Source: Psilocybe cubensis
Lineage: Eukaryota
DNA length: 64,000 nt
Reading direction: 5' to 3'
NCBI GenBank assembly: GCA_017499595.2
Contig: CM039008.1
Coordinates: 248,001-312,000 of the forward strand
A model generated the notes under the pieces. It was not told where the DNA came from and did no database searches. It worked only from the letters and a program-made list of their open reading frames with translations. Below are positions 12,770-25,387 of the stretch, in pieces. The translations under genes and the position numbers were made by a program. The number at the start of each line of letters is the position of its first letter. Positions within the stretch are counted from its first letter, which is position 1.

Positions 12770-15700
12770 TTAATTCCCCAAATGTACGAATGGGACCCAT
12801 CGTCGGTATCCTACCCCACTGAGACGTAACTGGAGCGTAGCGTTGTGAAGCGCTTGTGCGGATTGGGAAATATCAGGCATCAATGGATTCGCTTTGTCAT
12901 CCACTGATTCGAAGAGTTTTGCATAGAACGCATCAGCAACTGTAGGCCCGTCCTCGTCGGCTATTTTCCTATCATCAGAGGGAAAATAAGACACCGTTCG
13001 TCAGGAAGAATTGCCTGATAAGAAGCATACCACATAGTAGCAACGACGCTCCTGTACCCAGAGAACAACATGCACGCGCCAATACTCATAGATTCATCAG
13101 GTACTGCCATATCCCCCATGGCTGTTTCACATGCGCAGAGAAACGCAAGAGAACCGTTGGGGATAGATTGTTGCATGATCTTCACAATGCTCAACTTCCC
13201 GTCGTGAACAAAAAGTGAACTGTCCAGAGGACTTGATGGATCCTGTATTCCATGGCATGCAAAGTGAGCAATAGATGCTGTTTGTAGATGAGAACAGATT
13301 GTGTCGATGGTAGCACCTGGGCCACCCGTAGATCCAAGTTCAATAATGCAGTCAGACGGAGCCTGTTTCTTGATTTTATGGAGTTCGATGGAGGCGGACG
13401 GCAACTCTGGATCCAACACAGCCAAGAACTGAAAAGGTACCCCTTCCGATGTTGTATTCTTCTTCGTCACTGAGGATAAGAGTAGACCAACTGTAGGTAT
13501 GTATGATGACACCAAATAGTCAGAGGTACACTGTAATGAACCTTGATCTAGATTGTAACATCCCGCCGCATGGATAGGAAGAAAAGAGAAAGGTCCAGAT
13601 GGACACCATTTTACACGCTGGGGTGATTGTAATTTCTAAGGTTCAAGAAACCAACTCAGCGTGCGTCGATGGTACAAAATAATCTACAAAACCGACCTGG
13701 AAACCAAGAGCGTCTATTATAGGCTTGACAAGGTCATCCCATAGGGTGAGTAAGACGTATTCAAATAGACTGTCGGACGAAGGCCTTGTTCTACGCCGAC
13801 CGAATGCGCCTTTCGATCTTAATCTGTTCAGCGCAGGTGATTTTTCCAGCATATCATCGGTCCAGATTTCCTGGACAGAGATGAATTGGTCCACTTCTCC
13901 TCTTAGATCAGGGGTTGGACCGCACGCCAACCTTGTTATGGTCACCAGGCTAAGCAAGGTCTCTTCTGAAAGATTATCAAGGCATATATAGTGGACTGTC
14001 TGAGCAGTCATAACAAGACATGCGCTCACGTCTTGTCCCGGCACAAGGAATATAATGGGACAGTCACTTGCCGCTCGTCGGAGAGATTCTATTCGTGGGG
14101 ATTGAAGGAAATCTTCGAACCCGGGTATGTTTCGGACCTCGTTAATACCTTTAGACCATTCATCATCAAGCTTTCTGAACTGAGCTTCTTGTGCCTCGAG
14201 CGACATTTTGGATTTATTATCCATAGCGGGGTCTGCAGAAACCGAATTGCGATACGATGCATGCTCTAATTCTCCTGCAAGTTGCTGCAATCTCTGCGCA
14301 AGAACGGGTGATTTTTCCTGTAAGCGATCAAAGGACGTGCGTAGATGTAGGGCTTGTGCCCAAAAAATGGCTCGTCCTCCCTCCAAGAACTCGACCGCCT
14401 GGTTAAAATTTTCCACCTTGATGGCGCACCAAGCTGCCTTCGAAGCTAGACCCGACCTGGAGGTTTGAATTGTGTCTTGTCGCGAGTATATATCAAGGCT
14501 GAGGGAAGCCATTTGCGACAAGCTGCGCAAAGCAACCTCATATGCCTCCAGTGCGGAAGTGTGTCCCAGAGCGTCTGCATGATACGACCAAGTGTCAGCA
14601 ATATTGTGAGCAGTAAAAGCACTATGAGAGGCGTTCTGAGACGCTGCCTTGAAGGAAAGCATCGCTGAATCTAGATATACCACCTCTTCTGTACGTAGGT
14701 ACGCAAGTACCAGAAGGTTCGCCAGATCCATCAACGATACGTATCGATGATAATGAAAAGGTGGATAAAGTTCAAGTGCTTTTTTATGCAAGGATGCGGC
14801 TTCGATGAAGTGGTCTTTTTCACGTGAGGTTTTGAATAAGCAATGTAGTGCATGTCCAAGATTGCTTAGATACATGGGTTGAAGAGGGCTGGGCAAAGGA
14901 AGGAGATCCACCGCTTCTCGGTATCGTTGCACGGCCTCGATGAGGTACTCTTGTTCGTTATCCAATTTATACTGATCCAGGAGTGTGCCTGAGAGACTGT
15001 TGAGGATGGTGGCATTGTTGGAACGACCAGAATCAGAAAGGTTTAGGGCCTCCCTGCACAGGGAAATTGCTTCCTCGAGTCTACCCCGAGTCGCTTCCTT
15101 TGATTTCGTGTGGGTTTTCGCCCCGAGTGCGTTAGCGAGGTTAATGAGAGAATACCCCCTGCTGGGGTGAGAACCAGAATGGCGCTGTAAGGCTTCTCGG
15201 AGTAACGTTACCGCCTCTTCATAATCGTTCTCAAAGCCGGTTTGTTCATAACGCAGCAGAAGAGTCTGTGCAAGGTTATTGACAAATCGCGATCGCATTG
15301 GGTGTAACGGTGTAAATAGTTCAAAGGCTTCCCTATAAGTCAAAATGGCTTGGTCCATAGTGGCTCGATCACCAGTTTGGCGAGACAGAGCGTTAAGGGA
15401 GTTTGCGAGATTGGTCAGATATTCAGCACGTCTGGGGTCTCGAGAGGGCATACGCGCGAGGTTATCCTTGTGCAATGCTATAGATTGCTCGAGATCACCT
15501 CTTTCGCCGTTAAGTTCGAACCGATACACGAGCGCAGTCGCCAAGTTGTTAATGGCCATATGTTCATTTGAACCAGCGGTCCCCGTTGGTTGCGCTCGTT
15601 CCAAATCTACGGCTTCCTGATACATTGCGATGGAGCTGTGAAGGTCAGCCTCTTGACCACTTAGATCATACCTTGCCATGATGGCATTAGCAAGATTGAT

Positions 15701-16753
15701 CGTGTATATCGGTCGATCGGGATGTGATTGAGGCAATGAATTAAACACCTGTCTATGCATGTCAATGCACTCCCGTAGATCCTCTGGTAATCCCATGCAA
15801 TCGAATCGAGTCTTCAAGGCGTGCGCAAGGTTGTGAAGAGGTTCGTATTTCTCTTCTGCATCCCCTGCACACAAAATTGAGCGGCGGAATAGAGAGATAG
15901 CTTCATTGAGATGCCTTTGTTCGCTTGTTTCTCCATACAAGTCGACCAAAGCGTCAGCCAGGCAGCGAACAGCATTTGAGAGATCTGGATGAGAATCAGA
16001 CTCAGTCGTTATAAGATCAACGCTCATCCTGTATTGAGATATTGCCTCTTCGAGATTTTCTATGTCTCTCTCCACTTCGAATCGGCTTTCGAGCGCTCGT
16101 GCAAGCCTACGAAGAAATATATGGCGCCGGTCAGCTGGCAAATGTGACATTTCCAATACATCTCTCCGTAAAGCAATACATTCATCGATGTCTCGGAGCT
16201 GTTCTGTGTGTTTGAAACGAGTTTGAAGCTGGGCAGCAAGGTTGTCGAGGAAAATATGTTGGTTACTGTCATTTGTAGGTACAAGATTGCGCGCACCACG
16301 CCCAACTGCAATCGATTTATCGAGATCTTCCAGTAGTCCGTTTTTACGGAAGCGGTCCTCTAGGGCACAGGAAAGATTGAATAGACCTTGGCGGTGCAAA
16401 GTACTGCTTTGAGGTATCTTGGAAAGGGCGAAGCAGTAAAGCGAAATTGCTCTGTTTAAATCGTCCACATCTAGTGACGCTTCGGATCTCATGTGCTCCG
16501 TACAGGCAGCATGGAACAGCTGGAATTGTATCTCCTCGTCGGCTTCCATGTTTCTCTATGATCTGGGTGAGACGCTTTGGCATTTCAAAAGAGGGGCACA
16601 ACCAACAAGGAAGTTGTAGTATTCTGCGCCATCATCAGCGGTGAGAGGCTCAGAAACGGACGTTCCATCCAAAGAAAGCGAGGACATGTGCGCTCCAAGG
16701 TCGCCATCGATATCTGTGCCCATCGTTGTATCGGAAAGCGCAATAGGCTGCAT
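12770..16753 (-). CDS. TPR-repeat / CHAT-domain (caspase-like protease) protein
   Basis: About 14 repeats of the type LxNLAxxLxxRF...DLEEAIxLxREAL, then WCPSGPFSFLPIHAAG, AHFACHG (catalytic His), AFLCACETAMG (catalytic Cys), SVVATMW and WVPFVHLG. Start is 16753 or 16723. Confidence 0.92.
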
Positions 16754-17104
16754 AAGCAACCGTGGATGCAGGCAAGGTTCGCTCGAAAATAAGCTGCCGC
16801 AGAGCACTTGATAGTCGGAGGTAAGGTGGGTCCCTTAACGTCCAGGGCGGCTGTTAACCCAGCTTGTCAATGTCTATAACATACACTCCAATCCGTCGAA
16901 AGCAACTCACCGTATCACGTCATGGAATCCATGTTTAAGCCTACTATTCCCGTTAGGATGCATGAGCACGAGATTCGAGAGTCACTAGTCAAAGGGTCAA
17001 CCGGTCGCTGTTGAAGGCCGTTCCGACGTTGGCGAAGCCGCGAACCCGTGTCTGAATTTCAATATCCATTGCCGATCACGGCTTAGGGTTGCCATCACAC
17101 TTTT

Positions 17105-18437
17105 ATGGAAAGCGAGACTGTCAAGCCTCAAAAGCCGTTGCCAAACATTGACCGGATGAGTTTGCCGGTTATTTGTTTGATCCAGAGGCGCAACCTGACC
17201 CCGGAAACCCCCTTTGGGTACCGTCGTCTCAGCCACTGCCAAGCTCGACTCGGATGGTGGCATTCTGTTGGGCGCCTCAACCTCGACCTACTACATGTTC
17301 AGCAGGGATTTATTTTGAAAGACTGCCACTCATTCGGTAACACCAAGGATTACCCGTGGGCCAGGATTACCGTGTGAGCGTCAGTCGATCAAACTCATTG
17401 CCAGGTGTTTTCCTCAATCGAGTCTCGACTCACAGAGCGGATGGATGCGCTTGAGGGTCAATCATTGGCCCTTTGATCCCTTTCCCAAAATACAGCGTTC
17501 TGATTTATAGCAAGAAAATTACAGTATACAATCTTTGGTATACCTTAACAGTAGTTAGTGTACTCTAGTAGGTTTGCTTTGCTACTAATAATGTGAAGCG
17601 TATGGGAGTCAAATTTTGTATATGAAGAACAATAACATTTGATTAATGAGCATAGTAGACATTATAGCTCAGAGTGTCTCTTTTAACACACTCCACCTGT
17701 GCCCGCCTTCTCTATATTTAGGGGATCCAATTCAAACCATTATGTGTTGCACCTGTCCTGAAATGGCAAACTCATAAATGACTCTCTTGAACATTTCCTT
17801 CACCAAAGAGATTGTGCAATGGAGATAATATAACCTCAAAAAATAAATTTCATGTTAAAAAGTTACTTACAAATGGGTCATAACTTGTGGGTCGGTCAGC
17901 AAGTTCTCAGCGTCTATGTGCGTTGATGGTAGATCACAAGCTACAGTCGTTGTAGGGCCTTTATTATACATGATACTATCAATTTCCGCCATAATGTCTT
18001 GATATAAACTACTTTATAGGGTTTTATTACATCTATACAATTGCCAGACAGTGCTATCAAATGTTTTTGTGAATGGGAGTGAGCATTTTACGAGGTTAAC
18101 TTGTACATGTGTTGCGCGCGATTAAAAGTAGCCATTTTACTTGCATTTTACACCAAACCCCACGGGCGGGCCGCTCATGCTGCTGCAAGCAGCGCGGGAG
18201 CACTAAATCCCCCCTTTTTTGCATGGATGCTCTTATATATGCACCACGTAGCGGAGAAATTGTGTACATATAGTCTACTACTGTAGACAACCTGATCTTA
18301 TTAAATTCTAACTATGTCTTTTGGCGGCACTAGGTGCACGGAGTCTTTGCTCGCCGAGAGTTTGCCAAGCGTGCCCGGCTTGACAACCCGATGATGTTTG
18401 GCAACGGCTTTCGAGGCTTGACAGTCTCGCTTTCCAT
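17105..18437. mobile_element. Non-autonomous TIR DNA transposon (1333 bp, 8-bp TSD)
   Basis: 44-bp TIRs ATGGAAAGCGAGACTGTCAAGCCTC(A/G)AAAGCCGTTGCCAAACAT with one mismatch at 17105-17148 and 18394-18437; direct repeat ACACTTTT at 17097-17104 and 18438-18445. Confidence 0.8.
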
Positions 18438-18583
18438 ACACTTTTACGTAGTTTGCTTTTTTGGTCAACTTAACTACCGCTCGCCGACTCAACCAAGACT
18501 CAACGGAGAGTCGAAAACAAATATCTAACGGCATCCAGTTTGTACGATACAAAATCAATAAATTCAGACGGGATCTTGAAGCA

Positions 18584-21094
18584 TCATGATGAACTATCAT
18601 CCTTCTCTGAATCACCTTTTCCGTCCATTTGAGGATACCTGTCTTCCAATGTTCGTACAGGTCCCGTAAACCAGTAGAGCCCTCCATATGTTGGTAAGTA
18701 GAAATAAATGATAGATAGAAGCAAAGTTCCGCCTGTACACTCAAAAATTAGTGTTCGAATTCTTCATGCCAATGGTGACTCTCGCACCTAATACAACAGC
18801 CGTATAATTCATATTATTAGAGCTGGGACTGGGACTTGCTGGAAACATGAGAGCCAGCACCATGAACAACATGAATGTCACTGCTGTGATTGCTACCGGT
18901 AGTCCCTTTTAACGTTTAAATATCTTTAATTTCAAAAGTTAAAGTGTATTGGTTGAAGGAGAAAACGTACGGCTTTTCCCAGATTGAATGGACCCGGATG
19001 GAACTCTTGCCCTCCCATAAATCTTGCAAGAATTGGAATGGAATAGGCAACATATTGTCCTGCTACAACCAACGAAAAGACAGCGCCGATGGCGCTTGCC
19101 CCAGCAAAGGCCAATAGACCCAGGAGCAATGAGAGAGCAACTGAAAACCAGACACATTGCAATGGAGAATGTGTTCTGGAATTGACGTTGTATAGAAATG
19201 ACGAGAATGGAAGTCCGCCGTCCCTTGAAAAAGCAAAGATTTGCCGAGAGCACGTCGTTAACTAGAAGCATTTCAACTTCAGATTCCGGGGGTCTAGAGA
19301 AGAAAGTATTGTGCCGCGGCATACCATACTGCTTCCCATTGTGAATCTATATAACGTTGTCAGTACCTCATTTTGGTCGTAGACGAGTATAACGTACTGC
19401 ACAATCACGATGACGGCCCAGATTGCCAGGGTTCCTTTCTGACCGAAAGAGTTGAATAGAATCTTAAACATCATCATTAGTATCGATAACAGACATAAAT
19501 GCAGAAAGCATATACCGTTGCCATTGGCTGCCCGATAGGGCTACTTAAAATGTTACCCGTATCGGTACCCATCGTAAATGCAAGTGCAATATTTAATCCT
19601 AAAAAAATGTGACGTCTGAGTTGAACTTTTCGTTGAATGCAAAGACGTACCCCATCCAATAATCACGCTCGATGTCGCGGCGAGAATGATAGCGAAGGGA
19701 ATGGCGACATTGGCATTTTTAGCTTCTTCGCTGATATGTACAGTTGAGTCGAAACTACCTAATTAAACAGCATGAAGGGGAAATAACGTCAATATTGGTA
19801 GATGTATGGAAAGAATGAGGCTCACCGATTGCCCACAAAGGACTCAGGAAACTGAGAATAAACGCCCATCCATTGTTCCATCCGGAGACTGCGTGTGGTC
19901 AATTTCTGAAACTATCCGAAGAAGAAACGGAGTTCATACTATTATTGAACGAGCCAAACGCGTATCGCGCATGGTTTTTGAACTCGTCGGGTGTGGCAGA
20001 CGGCAAGGCAATGATGAGCCCCAGGCACAATCTAATTCAGAGGTAAGTTTCAGGCAAGAGTTGAATTAACATTGAGACTCAATAATCGAGTTTCGAACTC
20101 ACAGGATATTCAACACGATATAGGGCGTCTGTAACCTTGCGACGATAATTGGATTCAGACTACATATCACTCCGTGAGTGAGGAGTAACGCGCAGTATAC
20201 TCCACTAAATGAAAGTACGTCGTCACTCAACATATAGAGTGCATTATCATCTAATATTACTCACAACGTCTGTGCAGTAGTGGCTTGAAAGTTAAGCCCC
20301 GATCCAATGCTCGCAGCCGCCATAATCTGCACCGCACATCCCCAATCGACGGACGCTACACTTGCAATATTTCCTACAGTGTTGGAGTCTTCACATATTG
20401 TTCATGTTCGTTAGACTAAGGCTTATCAGACAGCGAGGTGATAACAGTTTTTACGCACATCCCACAATCCATGAAAGGAGGCATCGCCATCTAGGTGACG
20501 AGAACTTGAACGTCCAATAGTATAGTCCTCCGGATGTCGGTGCAGCCGAGCCTAGTTCGGCCATTGCAAGCGCGATGAAAGTAAGAAATATTCCACATAC
20601 GGCCCACTGTAGGTGGCCATTCCAAAATTAACCACAAGGAATTATGAAAGATAAGCAAATTCATAGTTGGAGATTATTGACGCGGAGTACTTACACCCCA
20701 TATCATTGCAGATGCACCTCCATAAGGTATCGAGTATACAAGCACGGAACTGTTTTCAAAGCATAACCCAATCAGCCATCCGCCGGAGCCATACATCACA
20801 TCGAATGTAGTTCAACGCACGCTAAAGACGGGACAAGCCCAATTATACTGAACCCAATCCCGAATAGTTCCACCGCACTGAAGTTGCGCCGAAATTCTAT
20901 GAAAAAGACAAACATCAATTCGGCGTCAGTGTCAAGCCAAGCTTCTTGTGAGTTCAACTCTTTTAAAGACCTTGTTTATACCCCAAGCGCGCCAGGACCT
21001 CTGCGTCTGTCGCTTTGCCTGTACCGTTGCTCCCATCACCATCAATACTCATAGTTGTCTGAACAGGCGACGTCTTCTCCTGCTCGTGTTCCAT
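18584..21094 (-). CDS. APC-superfamily amino-acid/GABA permease
   Basis: LARLGYKQ..FRRNFSAVELFGIGFSIIG, AMAELGSAAPTSGGLYYW, SFDSTVHISEEAKNA, MNYTAVVLGG and WFTGPVRT motifs across many short exons. Confidence 0.93.
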
Positions 21095-21629
21095 CGTGCA
21101 CGCAGAGTTGGAGGTGTTAACGGAAAGTGGTCGGAAGCAAGGAATCGATGTGGCGACTTTGAACTGTGGGAAGGAGTTATTCAATACCCGTATGTAAACG
21201 CGATCCAAGGCCGATAGTGAGCACATTACGTTCACGAATAAGGAATAACAAAACTAAAGATAGGGGTGTAGCCGATAGTCTGACATTCAGTGACATAATC
21301 TGGTTTATTTTTGTGACCTAACGTGTATCTTGAAAGCCGAAATTATAGTGGCATCGCACTCGGGCACCAGATTACCTGCCAGACGCCAAAGGTTTGTGCA
21401 GAATACGTTTCAGATGATTTTAGAGACAACTCTGCGGCTATCTACTTCTGAGTCTCCCGTTTTCAATGATTTGTTTTGAACGACTGTTTGTTCCGTCTGT
21501 TAGCTGTCTTCCCGATGGCCTCAGAATATTCCATTTTCAGAGTTTTCAACGAGAAACATATTCTTAAAACCAAATGCTATAGGGTATACTGGATACAACG
21601 ATGCGTGTCTAATAGTAGAGCACTCAGCT

Positions 21630-22134
21630 CTACCTGCTTTCTCCCGGAATGTAGAATCCACGACGACATCTGAATGATGCAATGTTGCGGAAGAATGGCG
21701 GGGGTACAGACAGGACATTACCCTGCAACACAATGAATTCACCATCACCCTGCGGTGCACTGTGTATTTACAAAAGTTCAACAGTAAGTTGTTTGTGTGC
21801 TGATATTGCCTCATGGAACGGACGTACTGGAAGAAAAGACAGTACCACCCATTGCTGACTTTGAGACTGGCAACATTGTACCACCATTCCTCCGGCAACG
21901 TGTTGATTCCTGGAAGGAGTGGGTTGGGGGTATACGCTTCTCCGTTGAAAGCAGGCTGGTCGTAGACGGTGACAGTAACAACGTCCTGATAAATGGTATA
22001 GTGAGATGGTAATTCAACATCAATATTTGAAAAGCAAGTCTTACACTAGATTCGACTGGCGATGCCTGGGCAGCCATACTGGCAATGGAAGCGACGGTCA
22101 TGCACAGACCGGTGAGCTGAGTGAAGAACCGCAT
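21630..22134 (-). CDS. Small secreted beta/gamma-crystallin-like protein, copy 1
   Basis: 3 exons: signal peptide MRFFTQLTGLCMTVASIASMAAQA; VTVYDQPAFNGEAY...LPEEWWYNVASLKVSNGWYCLFF; APQGDGEFIVLQGNVLSVPPPFFRNIASFRC. Confidence 0.72.
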
Positions 22135-22150
22135 TGTAGATGAAGACGAG

Positions 22151-22176
22151 GCTGAGTGCTGAGTGCTGAGTGCTGA
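22151..22176. repeat. 7-bp tandem repeat (GCTGAGT) x about 3.7 in the 5' leader of crystallin-like copy 1
   Basis: gctgagtgctgagtgctgagtgctga read directly. Confidence 0.75.
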
Positions 22177-23478
22177 TCTGAAGTTACGCTCAACGCTCGT
22201 GACCGCCCTTTTATGTGTCGGATGAACAAGTATAGGCACGTTTTGGGTATAGTCTTGAGGAGTGTTATTCGCGTCCAGATACATGAAAGTGTGTTCGGCA
22301 GTCGGCGCATACTTGGGCGGGGAATTTAGCATATTAACGCTCCATCATCGTTCGGGAAGAAGACCATTTACGAAACATGAGTATTTGACTACCTCTGCAT
22401 CTTTTATCTATCGTTTGTGATATTGTCCAGGCAAGTATACTGGGATCATAGTTGTCTCTATCAAATAGGTCACAATTTTTGAACTTTGTGAACAACTAAA
22501 GAATCAATAATTAAACTATTATGCGTTGATTTATAATCACACATTGCAAACCTCTGTGGGTATGCATACGCGTCCGTGGCTCCCGATATGTGGCACCTTC
22601 GAACTTATTGGGAAGCGAGAAGGCTCTTCGGTACCCTTTCTATTAATTCTAATGGTGACGTCAATGTCATGGAAAAAGACACCGGTGAACCGCGAGTTAA
22701 TTACAGTTGGCAGGAAGATTCTAGCTCAATGACAGAAGTTATATGACTATTAACTTATCAGACTATTTCAGAAGTTTCTATCATTTGAAAACACGCGAAA
22801 GGACTAATTACATTCTCTTTGGATTTCTTCGTTACTTGATAGAATAAATGTCTGACTGAGGGTAAAGATATTAATTCAATTTCAAAACACGGTACTATAG
22901 CACAATTACTTGGATCTTTGCACAGATGTTTTTATTTTCTATTTCATGACTTTAATCTGCTATTCATGCAAATAATGCATTGTAGAGAATGAGAAAACTT
23001 TCTTTTGGAACGGATGAAATGATCGTGAAAAAATTCAAAGTCCATTGATTGATTTGTCAGCTTTTTTAAGTTGACACTCCGATTGAAAAATATATTCCCA
23101 CGGTGACTTGTTGTCAACTTCTGTCGTCGCAATCTCGAACGATAGCCATTTCTTTTCCGTTGCTTCTTGTTACAGTCGCAGATGCATATTACCAAATCAA
23201 GACATGAGACACACTGGCCTTGGACCTTGGACCATCTGGACTGAGGGCCGATAACGATGAATTCGACACCGCTCACGCGTAATCGAGGAAGAGGGAAAGA
23301 AGATGATATTCGTTGTGGGAGGTCCCCGAAGTCTGTGAGCAGCTCATTTACTCTTCCCAGACTATACATACCGCTATCCTACTTCCCATTGTTTCGTTTG
23401 CTGCCCGTTCTTTACCCATTTCATCACAGGTTAACCCGCCCCCGTGTTCTCCTATCCACACCTCATACCCTCCTCGAT

Positions 23479-24102
23479 ATGTCACATCCCCAAACGGTTC
23501 TTGCATAGCTCCATAACCTTATAGCATATTTATGGCCTCACGTTTAGTCCCACGGCTTTTCAGTCTCGACTTCCTGCACATCCGCTCCGCTCCCTCAGCA
23601 ACAGTTTCTTCTCCCCGCGAACCCTTTTCAAAGTGCCAAAAGACACCGGAAGACGCACCTCAGCATAGAGAATTGTGGTGAGCTTTCTATCTCCTCCCAT
23701 GCGCCAACCCCTCTTTCTGTCGTCAACCCTGCCCAAAGTACAAGCCACAGTTCCCTCCAAACGACGACGACGACGACACCTACTCTCCGGCGCACCCAAG
23801 ATTCTCCGAACAACGGTACTTTACCGACATTTGGCGCTGCTAGATAAGAACTCACAGGCAACAGACACTCTCCCTTTACTTTTCTCTTGATTTATCTATG
23901 GTCCTGCTACTCCCAGCCTCCTCCCTCCATGGCCACATCACAGCCTCAGCCTCAAATCCAACTCCCCAAGGTTCACATTTGGTCTTGTATTTTCTTATGT
24001 ATGGTCTCACTTCTTAAACACCTATTTCAGTGGTCCCAAAGAGTTTACTATATCGTATACCTTCTACAAGTCGCACAAGGAACGAGAGACGGAAGTGGGT
24101 GA
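23479..24102 (+). CDS. Hypothetical Ser/Pro/Thr-rich protein or gene remnant
   Basis: An open frame MSHPQT|SHGFSVSTS...|...PQIQLPK|WSQRVYY can be built with three plausible introns; no family recognised. Confidence 0.25.
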
Positions 24103-24874
24103 AGAGGTACAATCTAGGTATAAATCAACTCAACTTGAAGCATATTTTCTTCGAGCTTAGAGAGCTTATTTGCAGCAACACGACAGCTCAGGCTTGTACC
24201 GGTGCGACTGGAGTCAGGGGGACGTTGATATGTTGGTTAATGTTATCGAATGAGCAGTCGTAGTCGACGTTGGACGGGACAATACATGAGTCATACTTCT
24301 AAATATGTATGTAATTCTTACTCAATGCTCTATTTAATTGTCAAAGACGATGGCGATGGATGTATGCCATGTCTAGATCTTCTCGCTTCTACTATATGTT
24401 CAGCTGATTCCGCATATACTATCCAGAATACATGCACAGTCATAATTGACTCAGCTCTCGAGGTCGACGCGCACCATGTCACCATCTCGTATACCTGTGC
24501 CGGGAAGGCCATTCAAATAAAGGGCGGTGCTATTCTTTTTTGGTGCACCTTACGAGAACCTGAGACGCGCGGAGGAGCCGGCACGGTCTCTGATTGTGCG
24601 AGTGCAGCTGAGGTGGAGGATCACGTTCGTACGAGTGTATGTTCAGCAATATCCAATGTGAGTAAATGTAGTAATCTGTCCATCCTGCGCAATACTAACA
24701 TCACATTGTTGTATCAAAAGCAATCATACGTCCCGGGGAATCTGACAATCCAAATATTTTGTGCATTTATTCTGGCAAGCAATACGCCTAACTTTCAAGA
24801 ATAGCTATATGCACTCTAGAGAATCATCGCCTGAGCAGAACTGCATGGGTTTCTTTCTCGCATAGCCACCTTTA

Positions 24875-25387
24875 TTAATTCGATTTGAATTGGGGGATAC
24901 ATCTATACGAAACGATGTGCTCTCTAAACGGCTCTGGCACGATTGGGACGTCTCCCTGAAGATAGACAAATTGCCCTTCACCGTCCGGTTTGCTGTATTT
25001 TTTATTCGTCCAATTCAGCTATGAGAAGAAATACCACTCCATAAATCTGACGACTCACTTGTAGAACGCGCAGAGCCAGCCCGAGCTGATCTCAACGCTG
25101 ACAACGCCTTCCTGGTACTCCTCCGGAAGGGTGTCGACGATGGGGTCAATGAAGCGTGCCCTATAAGCTCTTCCTTCGAAATTCGGTTCGTCATACATAA
25201 TAAGAATAGGATGTGTGCCCTAGCTTATGTGCCAATCGTGGTAGAGCACCACGAAGCGGGTTGGATGATGGAGGTAGGGTCTTACGGGAAGCCGGAGGCT
25301 GGTAGGTGATGCTTGGACCACTGTGGTGGTAAACAACAGCAATGCTAAGTAGGTGCATAGGCTGGTGAGATGGACAGTGGGGCGCAT
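24875..25387 (-). CDS. Small secreted beta/gamma-crystallin-like protein, copy 2
   Basis: 3 exons: signal MRPTVHLTSLCTYLALLLFTTTVVQA; LIMYDEPNFEGRAY...LPEEYQEGVVSVEISSGWLCAFY; KPDGEGQFVYLQGDVPIVPEPFREHIVSYRC. Clearly paralogous to copy 1. Confidence 0.75.

Noticed and set aside
17083-17090. Telomeric TTAGGG motif
   Set aside because: Single occurrence, expected by chance.
11900-18580. Gasdermin or other substrate gene adjacent to the CHAT protease
   Set aside because: The flanks are occupied by two TIR elements, SYM1 and the permease; no suitable ORF was seen.
24250-24804. 184-aa plus-strand ORF between crystallin-like copies 1 and 2
   Set aside because: No domain signal, and its composition looks like read-through of intron or intergenic sequence.
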